Counted from the stretch's first letter, positions 29,298 through 39,899 are shown. The stretch is 64,000 nt of DNA from Nitrospinota bacterium (GCA_027619975.1 JAQCGX010000008.1:8719-72718); one strand, 5' to 3'. Program-made: numbers and translations. The notes: a model not told the origin generated them from the letters alone.

Positions 29298-29416
29298 CAC
29301 CCGCCATTTTAGTAAAAGCTTTTGCGCCTAAGAGGAGCATCTGGTAGAAAGGCTCATGAACGACTCTAAATCATAAAAAGCCCAATCGAAGAACTGCAAC
29401 AAAAGGAAAAACGGCG

Positions 29417-30820
29417 ATGAAAGATGATGTACTGGAAGTTTGTAACCCCTTCGATCTCAAACCCATCGGTTCGGTGCCGCTGACTTCCTGGGACGAAGCT
29501 GACAAGATGCTGGAAACCGCGAGCCGGTTGTATAAGGATAAAAAAACCTGGCTCCCGGCTTACAAGCGCATCGAAATCTTGAAAAAGACAGCCACCTTAA
29601 TGCAGGAACGGTTTGATGCGCTGGCGTTTCAGATCGCCAACGAAGGCGGCAAACCGCTCATCGACGCGCGTGTCGAAGTGGCGCGCGCCATCGACGGTGT
29701 CGGGCTTTGCATCAAGGGACTCGACCGCATGGCCGGCACGGAAATTCCGATGGACCTGACCGCCGCCGGAGCGGGCCGGGCGGCTTTCACCTTCCGCGAA
29801 CCCATCGGCCCTGTGGTCGCCATATCGGCGTTCAACCATCCGCTGAACCTGATCGTGCATCAAGTGGGCCCTGCGATTGCAGTGGGCTGTCCCGTGATCG
29901 TCAAGCCTGCGGGAACCACTCCCCTGTCGGCCAAAGCCTTTGTGGAAATGCTGTATGAAGCGGGACTGCCGGAGGACTGGTGCCGGTTCGCCGCCTGCAA
30001 AAGCGCTGTCGCCGAGAAACTGGTGACCGACCCGCGCACGGCTTTTTTCACCTTCATCGGCTCCGGCAAGATCGGCTGGATGCTGCGCAATAAAATCGCT
30101 CCCGGAACCCGCTGTGCCCTGGAGCATGGCGGCGTGGCCCCGGTCATCTTTGAGGAGAGCGCCGAGGTCGATGCCATGATTCCTGCCCTATTGAAAGGCG
30201 GTTTTTATCATGCCGGTCAGGTCTGTGTTTCAGTTCAAAAAGTGTTTGCGCCAAAAGCGATGGCGGAAGACATCGCCAAGCGGCTGGCGGACGGTGCATC
30301 GAAACTGAAAGTCGGCAACGCCATCGAAGAAACCACCGAGGTCGGTCCGCTGATCCAGCCGGCGGAAGTGGACCGCGTCGCCCTATGGGTTCAGGAAGCG
30401 GTGAACAGCGGGGCTCAAGCACTGTGCGGCGCTAAAAAACTGGGTGACACCACCTATGCGCCAACGGTCCTTCTCAACCCCCCGGCGGAGGCAAGGGTTT
30501 CCACGGATGAGATATTCGGTCCCGTGGTCTGTGTGTACGGATATGACGACATCGACCAGGCCATTCTGCAAGCCAACGCCCTGCCCTTCGCCTTCCAGGC
30601 GGCATGTTTCACCAACCGTCTGGATATCGCCATGAAATGCGTGCGCGAGATGGACGCCGCCACCGTGATCGTCAACGACCACACGGCGTTTCGTGTCGAC
30701 TGGATGCCGTTCGCGGGACACCGGCACTCGGGCTATGGCACAGGCGGCATCGCCTACACCATGCACGACATGACGCATGAAAAACTGGTGGTGCTTAATA
30801 ATTTTAGCCCAGCGGGTTGA
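29417..30820 (+). CDS. NAD(P)-dependent aldehyde dehydrogenase family protein
   Basis: 467 aa with FNHPLN, LEHGG and GQVCVS motifs at the positions of the ALDH catalytic Glu and Cys. Confidence 0.85.
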   Translation: MKDDVLEVCNPFDLKPIGSVPLTSWDEADKMLETASRLYKDKKTWLPAYKRIEILKKTATLMQERFDALAFQIANEGGKPLIDARVEVARAIDGVGLCIKGLDRMAGTEIPMDLTAAGAGRAAFTFREPIGPVVAISAFNHPLNLIVHQVGPAIAVGCPVIVKPAGTTPLSAKAFVEMLYEAGLPEDWCRFAACKSAVAEKLVTDPRTAFFTFIGSGKIGWMLRNKIAPGTRCALEHGGVAPVIFEESAEVDAMIPALLKGGFYHAGQVCVSVQKVFAPKAMAEDIAKRLADGASKLKVGNAIEETTEVGPLIQPAEVDRVALWVQEAVNSGAQALCGAKKLGDTTYAPTVLLNPPAEARVSTDEIFGPVVCVYGYDDIDQAILQANALPFAFQAACFTNRLDIAMKCVREMDAATVIVNDHTAFRVDWMPFAGHRHSGYGTGGIAYTMHDMTHEKLVVLNNFSPAG

Positions 30821-30872
30821 TGAGAAAGTTTGTGAATAGGAAGTTTGGTTCCCTTTTTACGAAAGAGGCTTT

Positions 30873-32570
30873 TTATTCCCCCCCACCCTTCTTCACGATA
30901 TTGGCCCAGGCATCGCGCAGGGTGACGGTGCGGTCAAACACAGGTTCACCGGGTTTGGAATCCACCGCATCGACGGTGAAATAGGCCATGCGCAGAAACT
31001 GGTAATATTCGCCAGGTATCGCCTTGATGAGATGCGGTTCCAATTTACAGTCTTGCAGTACTTCCACGGAGTCGGGATTGAGGCATTCGGTAAAATCCGG
31101 GAATTTTTTTTCATTGCCGGGGTCGGGTGCGGTGAACAAGGTGTTGTACAGCCGAACTTCGGCGTTGATTGCGTGTTCCGCCGACACCCAGTGCAGGGTC
31201 GCTTTGACCTTGCGCCCTGCTGTTGCTCCGCCGCTCTTGCTTTCGGGATCGTAGGTGCAGTGCAGTTCTGTCACTTCGCCCGTTTGGGCATCCTTCACCA
31301 CCCGTTCGCATTTGATGATGTAGGCGTGCTTGAGCCGCACTTCGCGCCCCGGACCCAGCCTGAAAAACTTTTTCGGCGGGTCTTCCATGAAATCTTCCTG
31401 CTCGATATACAGCTCGCGGGAAAAGGGAATTTTTCTCGTCCCTGCGGACGGATCTTCAGGATTGTTCTCGGCTTCCAATTCTTCCACCTGGCCCTCAGGA
31501 TAATTGTCGATGATCACTTTCAGGGGACGCAATACCGCCATGACCCTGAGCGCACGGTTGTTCAGGTCTTCGCGGATGCAATGCTCGAGCAGGGCAAGGT
31601 CCACAACGCTGTTGGCTTTGGCCACGCCGATGCGGTGGCAGAATTCGCGGATCGATTCCGGCGTGTAGCCGCGCCGCCGCAACCCGGATAAGGTCGGCAT
31701 GCGTGGATCATCCCAGCCGTTGACATGATTTTCGTTCACCAGTTGCAGGAGCTTGCGTTTGCTCAAGACGGTGTAGCTGAGATTCAACCGGGCAAACTCG
31801 ATCTGTTGCGGATGATATATTTTCAACTGGTCGAGAAACCAGTCGTACAAGGGGCGATGGTCCTCAAATTCCAGTGTGCAGATGGAGTGGGTGATCCCTT
31901 CGATCGAATCGGACTGCCCGTGCGCCCAGTCATACATGGGGTAAATGCACCACTTGTCCCCGGTGCGGTGATGATGGGCTTTGAGGATGCGGTACAGAAC
32001 CGGGTCGCGAAAATTCAGGTTACCGGAGGCCATGTCGATTTTGGCTCTGAGGACTTTCGCACCGGTGTCAAACTCCCCGGCCCGCATGCGCTGAAACAGA
32101 TCGAAATTTTCCTCGACACTACGGTTTCGATACGGACTGTCTGTGCCCGGCTCGGTCAGGGTTCCCCGGTGTTCGCGGATTTCATCGGCGCTCAGGTCAT
32201 CCACATAAGCATTGCCGTTTTTAATCAACTGCACCGCGTATTCGAAAAGCTGTTCAAAATAATCGGAAGTATAAAACAGCCGGTCTTCCCAGTCGAACCC
32301 CAGCCATTTCACGTCTTCGATGATCGACCGCACATATTTGTCTTCTTCCTTGATCGGATTGGTGTCGTCGAACCTGAGGTTGCAGAGCCCGCCAAACTGC
32401 GCCGCGAGGTCAAAGTTGAGACAGATCGATTTAGCGTGACCGATGTGGAGGAAGCCGTTCGGTTCCGGGGGAAAGCGGGTATGCACCTTTTTCTCCTGGA
32501 ACTTGTTGGTTTTCAAATCTTCTTCAACGATGTGCTTGATAAAATGGTGCGGGGAATCGTTGTTGTTCAA
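30873..32570 (-). CDS. glnS: Glutamine--tRNA ligase
   Basis: 565 aa with [17 protein letters not shown] and VLSKRKL, plus the GlnRS-type C-terminal beta-barrel region. Confidence 0.92.
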   Translation of the reverse strand: MNNNDSPHHFIKHIVEEDLKTNKFQEKKVHTRFPPEPNGFLHIGHAKSICLNFDLAAQFGGLCNLRFDDTNPIKEEDKYVRSIIEDVKWLGFDWEDRLFYTSDYFEQLFEYAVQLIKNGNAYVDDLSADEIREHRGTLTEPGTDSPYRNRSVEENFDLFQRMRAGEFDTGAKVLRAKIDMASGNLNFRDPVLYRILKAHHHRTGDKWCIYPMYDWAHGQSDSIEGITHSICTLEFEDHRPLYDWFLDQLKIYHPQQIEFARLNLSYTVLSKRKLLQLVNENHVNGWDDPRMPTLSGLRRRGYTPESIREFCHRIGVAKANSVVDLALLEHCIREDLNNRALRVMAVLRPLKVIIDNYPEGQVEELEAENNPEDPSAGTRKIPFSRELYIEQEDFMEDPPKKFFRLGPGREVRLKHAYIIKCERVVKDAQTGEVTELHCTYDPESKSGGATAGRKVKATLHWVSAEHAINAEVRLYNTLFTAPDPGNEKKFPDFTECLNPDSVEVLQDCKLEPHLIKAIPGEYYQFLRMAYFTVDAVDSKPGEPVFDRTVTLRDAWANIVKKGGGE

Positions 32571-32734
32571 ATCAAAATTTCCTTTCTGTTAATGGCGGTG
32601 AGGAATTGGAGCCAGCCATTTTAACATATCCAAATCTTCAGGAGTCTTTAAAGGAAGTACTCTGGCAAGGCTGGACCTCCAGTAGGTCCAGAATGGTGGG
32701 GAAACCAGGAAAATTCTGTAGCAGCCGTCAGCGG

Positions 32735-33145
32735 TTACTTGGCGGATAAATCCGGAGGCAGATCTTCACTTGGGGAATCCTTAACCTCATTGTCGGAGGA
32801 GTTATCCGTCTCTTGCTGGCAGTCCCATCCCGAATCGGACAAGTCTTTGACGAACACAGCCATTTTTTTCTCACAGAAACCAGCTTCATTGGCGGCTTGC
32901 CAGAGGACCTGCCCCATGCCGGGCTGTTCTGTGTCCTTATAGTACTGAACTTCACAGGGAACTTGCTTTTCCGGTTCATAATAATGGACCTGGACGCTCC
33001 GCTGAGACTTTCCATTTTGACACAAAGACTTGTCCCCAGTGCGCATGGTTTCCTGCCCAATGGCATCGGTTAACGCACCGGAAATCATTAAAGAGATGAC
33101 GATTAAAACGGGAATTATTTTTTTGATCGAGGTCATTGATTCCAT
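32735..33145 (-). CDS. Secreted Cys-containing protein with acidic tail, unknown function
   Basis: Start moved to M57 of ORF 32735..33313. This gives a signal peptide and removes the overlap with the upstream lipoprotein gene. Confidence 0.45.
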   Translation of the reverse strand: MESMTSIKKIIPVLIVISLMISGALTDAIGQETMRTGDKSLCQNGKSQRSVQVHYYEPEKQVPCEVQYYKDTEQPGMGQVLWQAANEAGFCEKKMAVFVKDLSDSGWDCQQETDNSSDNEVKDSPSEDLPPDLSAK

Positions 33146-33209
33146 CTCCGAATTAGTTTGGATAAACTTTTTTCCACCAATAAATGGCAAGCCATTCCAA
33201 CAATTGAGC

Positions 33210-33758
33210 TTACGGGTTGTGACGAGTGACTCTCCAGTCTGTCGCTTCTTTGGGAAACCGCGGACACTCATCGCTATTACCACGCGCCCAGGCAACGATG
33301 GATTCATTAACATTTTCGTAGCCCCTTAAAGCCTTGTAAACCGTCACCCTGGTTTTATCGGAGGAGATAGCCTCAATATCTGCGAACATGACAAAATACC
33401 CACCTTCGGGCATTTTTCCGCTGTCTTTTTTGTCCAGTTGCAAAGAAGTTTCCCCTGCCGTCTCACTAATCATCAGGGAGTCTGAGCGATATCTTATCGA
33501 CTCAACCCTCGCTTCGGGGTCATTGCTGGGTAGTTTTGTAACGGTCACTTCAAAACATCTTTCCGCATTTATTTGCACGGCATTGTACGCAATGATAAAA
33601 GGCCGTTCCACTTCATACTCTTCTATTTGAATCCCAGAGAGACCCGATCTTATCTGATCGCGCATTTCCTCAACACTCTGCACAGGTGGCTGAGTGGCAC
33701 ATCCTGCAATAAATCCAGCCAACACCAGAATCAATAGATTTTTCATACTTTTCATCAT
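33210..33758 (-). CDS. Lipoprotein, unknown function
   Basis: 182 aa with lipobox LAGFIAGC. Confidence 0.6.
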   Translation of the reverse strand: MMKSMKNLLILVLAGFIAGCATQPPVQSVEEMRDQIRSGLSGIQIEEYEVERPFIIAYNAVQINAERCFEVTVTKLPSNDPEARVESIRYRSDSLMISETAGETSLQLDKKDSGKMPEGGYFVMFADIEAISSDKTRVTVYKALRGYENVNESIVAWARGNSDECPRFPKEATDWRVTRHNP

Positions 33759-34144
33759 CGGACCCTAACAGACATAAATTAACCCAGCAGTGAAATGAAA
33801 TCTTTCCGCAACTTTTCTCACTGCTTCTTATCTTGATATTATCAATTTTTCTGGATTATTAACTTCTTTAATACAAGCAAACTAGATGCCATTTAAAAAC
33901 CATTGAAATTTCGCGACTTATGATTCCAGACAATCAGGAATCTGCCAATTTTTGTCGGTTTTACAGATATTATTATACTATTTCAGACATTTTGGGCGAT
34001 GATCTTTCTGGCAAACCCCACGGATATTCTCGCAAAACAACCGATTTTCCGCCTACCCTCTTCCGGCTCCATCCGGAAAATCATTTTCTTGCAAAATTTT
34101 CCCAGGATGGAATGAAACTATTTGAAGTGAACAGGAAACAAGTT

Positions 34145-34486
34145 TTACCTTTTGGCGGTCTCATTAAAAGCAACGGGGCCGGGTTTTGCCAGTGGTTCAT
34201 GGCCACCAAACTTCCCGGAAGGACTGTCATAAAATATTTCGTTGCCATTAACACCATCTTCTTCGGTGTCTTTGTACATCAAATCCCAGCGGCCGTCTTC
34301 ATCTATATCTAATGCATAAAAAAGCGGTTTTGGGACAGCAACGTAGTAATAGTGTGAGGTTTCGTAATTTATGAAAAAGATATGGTTTTCAGGATAGTTT
34401 AAAGCAATATCAGCAACCGAGTCTTTCGAAAAATAGGAGGTTATTACAACACGAAGGATATCACTCACCTCAATATCAAAGGACAA
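34145..34486 (-). CDS. Hypothetical protein with a DxDxDG-like motif
   Basis: 113-aa ORF with a TTG start. DIDEDGRWD resembles a Ca-binding loop. The start is poorly defined. Confidence 0.3.
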   Translation of the reverse strand: MSFDIEVSDILRVVITSYFSKDSVADIALNYPENHIFFINYETSHYYYVAVPKPLFYALDIDEDGRWDLMYKDTEEDGVNGNEIFYDSPSGKFGGHEPLAKPGPVAFNETAKR

Positions 34487-34538
34487 CGGGTATTTGTGGA
34501 TTGGTTTTTTGATCGGCTGACGGATGAGGTGAAGAAGA

Positions 34539-35654
34539 ATGACTGAATTTCATCTTTATCACTTTATCTGGCTTGCGAGCGCTGCTTGTGGCGTATGGTT
34601 TTTCCCAATACGCTACCATGCTGACATTATCGCCTCGATAACCGGCCTGTTTTTGATTGTGTTTTCACCCCTGTCTGCTCTCCTGTTATTTACCAGTTCC
34701 TTATTGGTTTACAGGTTAGCGGCATCCAAACACCGGTCTCATCATCTGACGGTTCTGACGGGAGTGATCTATTGCGGGCTCCAGTTTTTTCTAATCAGGG
34801 GCTTACAGCTTTACCAATATAATCTTGGGGTACAAATTCCTACCGTAATGGGATTAGCCTATTACACCTGTCGGCATATTCATTATATTATTGAAGTTTT
34901 CCAAGGCAATATTAAGCCTGATTTTCGCCAATACCTGCGTTACCAGTTTTTTCTACCTGCGATGTTGGCTGGCCCTATCCACCGATATGCTAATTTTCAG
35001 CGCCAAAGTAGCCGTCGCCGTTTAGATAAGAAGCAAATATCCAACGCCCTGGAAAGGATCCTCTATGGGTACGTTAAGATTGTTGTGCTGGGTAATTATT
35101 TTATTGCCTGGGAAGTCGAACTCAGGAGGGTGGCGCTCGATTTGAACGGCTTTATGACCCTTTGGCTCGAATCCGTTCAAGGTTGGATTTATTTGTACTT
35201 TCAGTTCAGTGGGTGGACGGATGTTGCTATCGGCTTTGCGCTGTTGATGGGGTTCCGCCTGGAAGAAAACTTTAATTGGCCCATTCGTGCCGTGAACCTA
35301 ATGGACTTTTGGAGACGCTGGCATATGACGTTGTCCGCCTGGTGTCGGGATTACGTTTTCACTCCCACTATGGCGGCAACCCGCAAACCGTCTATATCCG
35401 TAGGTGCCGCTATGGTTGCCATGGGGCTCTGGCACGAACTGTCACTGGCCTATATCCTCTGGGGAATCTATCACGCTCTGGGCATTGCTTTTGCGCAGAG
35501 ATTTATTGTTTTGGTTAGAAATTACAATTTCCTACAGCTGTTAACGAGTTCCAGAGCCTGGACACCCGTTGCGCGGGTTCTGACCTTTAACTTTATTGTT
35601 ATGGGGGGGCCCGTTGTTACTTGGGTTAAATTATGGATGGGGATTCCATCATGA
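34539..35654 (+). CDS. MBOAT-family membrane O-acyltransferase (AlgI/DltB-like)
   Basis: 371 aa, multi-TM, with FWRRWHMTLSAWCRDYVF and GLWHE (conserved His). Confidence 0.75.
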   Translation: MTEFHLYHFIWLASAACGVWFFPIRYHADIIASITGLFLIVFSPLSALLLFTSSLLVYRLAASKHRSHHLTVLTGVIYCGLQFFLIRGLQLYQYNLGVQIPTVMGLAYYTCRHIHYIIEVFQGNIKPDFRQYLRYQFFLPAMLAGPIHRYANFQRQSSRRRLDKKQISNALERILYGYVKIVVLGNYFIAWEVELRRVALDLNGFMTLWLESVQGWIYLYFQFSGWTDVAIGFALLMGFRLEENFNWPIRAVNLMDFWRRWHMTLSAWCRDYVFTPTMAATRKPSISVGAAMVAMGLWHELSLAYILWGIYHALGIAFAQRFIVLVRNYNFLQLLTSSRAWTPVARVLTFNFIVMGGPVVTWVKLWMGIPS

Positions 35655-35794
35655 ACTTATTGCAAGTCCTATCACGTTATCTTCCACTTCCCCTTGCCCG
35701 GCTGGCACTGAGTTGCTGGTATGCCTTATTGATATCGGCCGTGCTGTTTCTTTCCAACTATTCAGCAACTGAAATAGTGTATTGGGACCAATGA
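35651..35794 (+). CDS. Possible 47-aa single-TM peptide coupled to the MBOAT gene
   Basis: ATGA start/stop overlap with the MBOAT gene and one hydrophobic helix. Below the track cutoff. Confidence 0.3.
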   Translation: MNLLQVLSRYLPLPLARLALSCWYALLISAVLFLSNYSATEIVYWDQ

Positions 35795-35887
35795 GTGGCA
35801 GTTCACCTTGTCCTCGGTTGGCGCTGAGAACGTTCTGATTCTCAAATCACCCTTCCCCTTGCAACCGAAGTGAACATGGAGGGAAAA

Positions 35888-35964
35888 TGGTAGCGGCGCA
35901 GGGACTTGAACCCCGGACCTCACGGATATGAGCCGTACGCTCTAACCAGCTGAGCTACACCGCC
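35888..35964 (-). tRNA. tRNA with anticodon CAU (elongator Met, or Ile2 if lysidine-modified)
   Basis: The reverse complement folds as a cloverleaf: GGCGGTG acceptor, GCTC/GAGC D stem, TACGG-CTCATAT-CCGTG anticodon arm, GTTCAAGT T loop, encoded CCA. It lacks initiator features. Confidence 0.85.
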
Positions 35965-36080
35965 ATTATTTTGAATGGGCTATCAAACCCGATATGTTAA
36001 CTAATTGAATTGCTTAAAAGGAGGAGGAATTCTACCTGCTTCCCCTTACCCTGTCAACAAAATACCTTTTATGAGGGCGG

Positions 36081-37466
36081 TCAGGCCTTGCCTTTCCATC
36101 GCCGGACATCTTTCATGTACTTTTCCCGGTCCATGGCCCGGTCTGGAGCGAATATTTCCGTCAACGGCTGTGGAAACCTTTGTTCTTTAGAATAGCATTC
36201 CACATTGCCCTTCTCCACCCGATAAATATTTTTAAACGTGCGGTACTGAGCCGCCACACCGACAAAATCCCAGCTCGTTTGCTTTTCGATCAATTTATAG
36301 AGTTCCGAGCAACTGATCCCTTCATACAGATTGACCTTGCCAATACGCCCCTGCTGGACCGTGGCCTCCTCGCCGCCAAAATCGATGCTCCAGATATCCG
36401 ACCCGTTCCGGCCAAACACTTCCAGCTGATAAGCCGTTTTCCATTCCACCCAGGTCTGGATGTTCTCGCTCTCGACCAGCAAGTCCACCAGCTTGTTTTC
36501 AATAAAATCCGTGACGACCTGCTTTTCCTTGTCCTGCTGGGCGGCATCCGTCGTCAACGTCCGCAGGGGCTTGACTTCCATCACCGGTTTGAATTCCGCC
36601 AAATACCCGTCGTTTTCATGCACGCGGACAAAATCGGAGTCCTGCCTGAGAATCTTCACGCCCTGAGGGGTGATCTCGGCCACGTCGCCCGGATAAAAAG
36701 TACTGCTATCGATTTCAGGGCAAAAATCATGCAAATCCCGCAAGAACTGTTCTTGTGTGGTCGGAAAGGAATATTGATTCAGAAAACCAAACTCGTCCTT
36801 GTAGCGAAACCCGGCGGAACCGGGAACCGCAAATTTCGGCTTCAACGCCCCCGCCACCATGAGAAACGACCGGTACTCATCAAAGGGCAGTTCGATGGCA
36901 TTGTGAAAGGTAAAATTCCCTTCCAGCAGCGGCAGGTAACGGACATGCGCCAAGTCTATCTGCCCGTATAACTGATGAACGTATTGAATGATTTTCGGGA
37001 TGACAATGGTATCCACCTGATTCCAGACCGTCACTTCACCGTCATGAATGAGCAGGCCGTGTTCAGGGAAATAGTCCTGCTCGTTGAGAGAAGGCGTGGG
37101 TGTCAGGGTCAAACCCTTGATCTGCAGGGCTTCAAAATCCTTCACCACGCGCACGTCCTTGAACTCCAGTTCAGCAAGAACTTCCAGTAAAATTTCGTCC
37201 TGGGGAGCCAGCACCACCACATCCGGCGCCAGGATTTTGTCATTTCTTGCGAGATGCGCCAGCGTGCGGACATCGAAATGGTCCTGATGACGATGAGACA
37301 GGTTCAGGATATCCACCGGGGGTATTTTGTCGCGGTCCAGATCGATGCTCGGACAAGGCACATTGAGTTCTTCCCAGTGCGGCTGAAACAGCACCGGGTC
37401 GGATATCAAGGTGGTGTCATTAGATTGCACTAAAAGCGTCGCATGCCCGATTAATGTGGTTCTCAT
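36081..37466 (-). CDS. MBL-fold metallo-hydrolase domain protein with a large C-terminal extension
   Basis: Start moved to M37 (MRTTLIGHATLL). LSHRHQDHFD is the HxHxDH motif. The C-terminal ~200 aa are unassigned. Confidence 0.65.
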   Translation of the reverse strand: MRTTLIGHATLLVQSNDTTLISDPVLFQPHWEELNVPCPSIDLDRDKIPPVDILNLSHRHQDHFDVRTLAHLARNDKILAPDVVVLAPQDEILLEVLAELEFKDVRVVKDFEALQIKGLTLTPTPSLNEQDYFPEHGLLIHDGEVTVWNQVDTIVIPKIIQYVHQLYGQIDLAHVRYLPLLEGNFTFHNAIELPFDEYRSFLMVAGALKPKFAVPGSAGFRYKDEFGFLNQYSFPTTQEQFLRDLHDFCPEIDSSTFYPGDVAEITPQGVKILRQDSDFVRVHENDGYLAEFKPVMEVKPLRTLTTDAAQQDKEKQVVTDFIENKLVDLLVESENIQTWVEWKTAYQLEVFGRNGSDIWSIDFGGEEATVQQGRIGKVNLYEGISCSELYKLIEKQTSWDFVGVAAQYRTFKNIYRVEKGNVECYSKEQRFPQPLTEIFAPDRAMDREKYMKDVRRWKGKA

Positions 37467-37691
37467 GGCCGGATATTCCGCTAATATTATGGATATAAAA
37501 CCCGTCACGCTACCCCAATTAACAAGAGAACTCAAGGATTTTTGCTTTATTTTACAAGAGGAAAGAGTGTCCAAAATTATCCCCGCGACGATTTTTAAAA
37601 GCCTGGGGAATTTTTATTGACTTTAACGGAGGGTCCACGACATTATAAAACCTTAAATAAAATTATAATTTCATCTCAACGGAACGAAACC

Positions 37692-38240
37692 ATGGACGAA
37701 GCAATAGACCAAACAATTCGCTTTGAAGAGGGCAAACTTTGTCCCGTAAAAATAGAGGGAGACGGCGGCGGGCTGTCCTTCTCTCCTAACGGAGACATGC
37801 TGTTGATTGGCAGGTTTCCCAATCCGTCAAAAGCGCAGATTGAAGCGTGGGGCGGCAAGTGGCGGGCCAAGCTGTGCACGGAGTCGGAGTTTCCCTCCAT
37901 CCCCATATTCGCCGTCGGCAGTGAGGACTGGATTCTGGAAGCCCCCTGCAACCCATCCGAACTGGAAAAGGAAGCGCCTGGTTTCTGCGAGGCGCTCTAC
38001 GCCAAGGAAGATCATGAAATGGTGGCCATCCTGGTCGATTCGATGACCAACATGATCGTCAAGATCAAGACGGTACCTCTAGATGAGATGTTCATCGAGC
38101 GGCTGGTAATGTCGTGGAATCCGTTTCGCGGCCCGGCGGATCAATACAACAAAACCTTCACCTTCGAGACGTTCAGTGAGCGCATCGGCAATATATTCAA
38201 AACCCGCTCGCAGAAAGATATCTGGGTGAGTTCTTGGTAG
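37692..38240 (+). CDS. Hypothetical protein
   Basis: ORF 37617..38240, with ATG at 37692 preferred. No family recognised. Confidence 0.4.
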   Translation: MDEAIDQTIRFEEGKLCPVKIEGDGGGLSFSPNGDMLLIGRFPNPSKAQIEAWGGKWRAKLCTESEFPSIPIFAVGSEDWILEAPCNPSELEKEAPGFCEALYAKEDHEMVAILVDSMTNMIVKIKTVPLDEMFIERLVMSWNPFRGPADQYNKTFTFETFSERIGNIFKTRSQKDIWVSSW

Positions 38241-38485
38241 GTGTGAAGTAATGAATTTGAAACAGAACTGCGGTGAAGTGTTTCAGATTTGGAGGAAACT
38301 GGAAGGGCGGACCCCCTTGAATCCCGCATAAGACCGTTTCTCAGGGTCAGAATTTGAACCAGAATTGGCCATTCTGTTTCAGGAGGGGTTTTCGGGTAAT
38401 ATAATTTGGATGGTACAGTCCAAAGGAATGAAAGCTGGATTTTGGGTATTATGCTGATCCAAACTAATAATATTAGACCTTAATT

Positions 38486-39082
38486 ATGACCCCCAAACAA
38501 ATACATATTTATACGGAAGAAACGTATATCCACACACAACTGGCATTGTCGAATTATCAGACATTTAGAAATATCATTGATAATCATGAGTCTCGGCAAA
38601 GCCGAGAAGCGTGGATGTTTCTACAGAGTTTCCTGTCACATTTTGGGATGGTATCGAAACTTCTTTATGCTCCCAGCGGAAGTCAACGAGCAAAGGATCG
38701 TGCTCAAGAATTAAGAAATCATCTAAAAACTGATGAAACCAGTGCACTAAATAATAGAGATGCTAGAAATGCTGTTGAGCACCTAGATGAAAGAATGGAT
38801 AACTGGCTAAATGCAAGTGCAAGTCATAAAGGCATATTAGAGGGTGTATTTGAAGACGAACAAGCTTTTGCTTTCCTCTATTCTTTCGATAGTTAGATTG
38901 TTCGTCGAGTTTTTGTCCTAGCTGAGTCACTGTTTATAACGGAAGGAAAAGATGGTCCTAAAAAAATGGAAATCCAACCATTAATTGAAGAGCTAAGTAG
39001 GCTTTATGATTTGTGTCATGAAAAACTAAAAACGGAAAACCCTTACCACATGATCTTGCCAAATCGGAACCAACAAAGGTAA
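38486..39082 (+). pseudogene. HEPN-like (R-x4-H) ORF interrupted by an in-frame TAG
   Basis: ORF 38486..38896 contains RDARNAVEHLDE. The frame stays open for 61 more codons after the TAG at 38894-38896, in an AT-rich region. Confidence 0.45.
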
Positions 39083-39254
39083 ATACACTCTGAACGTTAC
39101 CTGACAAAATGGGTACACCCTACCTGTCAGCCTGTCAGGTGGTTATTTTTTGCGCAAAAACGGGGTTTTGAGCAGGATAAAATCGAGGGACCCTATCTGT
39201 CAGTGAAATCTTCAAGTGTTGCTTTGAACGTATTCATCCACAAGACTGAGGAAA

Positions 39255-39542
39255 TTAAAATTGTTTTTCGGGGTCTTCCCGTCCCAAAATTCGAACGATA
39301 ACAATTTCTTCGGGATCAATGCGGTAATAAATCGAATGTGAACCGCACACGCTACGGCGGTAGCCTTTGTGAATGTGGTCAACAGCGGGATAAAGGAGCG
39401 GAGTTTTGGCCAGCACATTAAATCGATGTTTGAGTTGGTCGCGGTACCTGTCGGATTGAACAATGCCGAAATGCTCATCTCCATATTGTGCGATCGCTAT
39501 CAAGTCTTCTTTTGCGGCTTCGGAAAGCCGATAATCAGGCAT
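39255..39542 (-). CDS. parE: ParE/RelE-family toxin
   Basis: Start at M15 (MPDYRLSEAAKEDL) and an 8-nt overlap with the antitoxin. The YRRSVCGSHSIYYRI..IVIVRILG C-terminus is typical of ParE. Confidence 0.85.
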   Translation of the reverse strand: MPDYRLSEAAKEDLIAIAQYGDEHFGIVQSDRYRDQLKHRFNVLAKTPLLYPAVDHIHKGYRRSVCGSHSIYYRIDPEEIVIVRILGREDPEKQF

Positions 39543-39801
39543 GTTTCGATCGGTGGCGTTGTCTGGCTTCTTGCCATATCTCATCTACAGTGCGATCACT
39601 AAAACCACTCCGCTCACCCTCAATCAACGCCTTGCGGATTGCCTCGATCTCGGCGGGGGTTTCCTGCTCGCGAATTTGCCGCTCGCGGATCAACTCCCGG
39701 ACAACTTCGCTTTCATTGCCGAAATGGCCGGATTCAATTTGCGCCTTGATCCAGCTGTCTTGTTGGTTTGTGATGGATATGCTTTTTTTGACCATTGGCA
39801 T
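39535..39801 (-). CDS. parD: ParD (RHH/CopG-type) antitoxin
   Basis: 88 aa with KSISITNQQDSWIKAQIESGHFGNESEVVRELIR, typical of ParD. Confidence 0.85.
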   Translation of the reverse strand: MPMVKKSISITNQQDSWIKAQIESGHFGNESEVVRELIRERQIREQETPAEIEAIRKALIEGERSGFSDRTVDEIWQEARQRHRSKHA

Positions 39802-39823
39802 TTTTTGCCCCCAGGCTTAAATG

Positions 39824-39852
39824 ATAATATCCTACTCAGTAGGATATTATAC
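39824..39852 (-). promoter_or_regulatory. Palindromic operator overlapping a TATAAT box upstream of parDE
   Basis: Perfect 13-1-13 palindrome ATAATATCCTACT-C-AGTAGGATATTAT (39824-39850), 23 nt from the parD start. The minus strand reads TATAAT at 39851-39846. Confidence 0.55.
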
Positions 39853-39899
39853 CCTTGATCGTCTACCAAGCTTTTTCATAGTATTTTTCTCATAAACCT

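Noticed and set aside
31725-32624. 299-aa plus-strand ORF (and 31032..31691)
   Set aside because: Antisense to glnS, whose class I synthetase motifs are unambiguous.
36180-36971. 263-aa plus-strand ORF
   Set aside because: Antisense to the MBL-fold gene. No start context or motifs.
39099-39202. Tandem CCTGTCAG-CCTGTCAG, an inverted CCTGACA and a further CTGTCAG between the HEPN-like ORF and parE
   Set aside because: This could be a weak terminator (an 8-bp stem with a 26-nt loop plus a T-run) or a protein site. The motif is too short to interpret.
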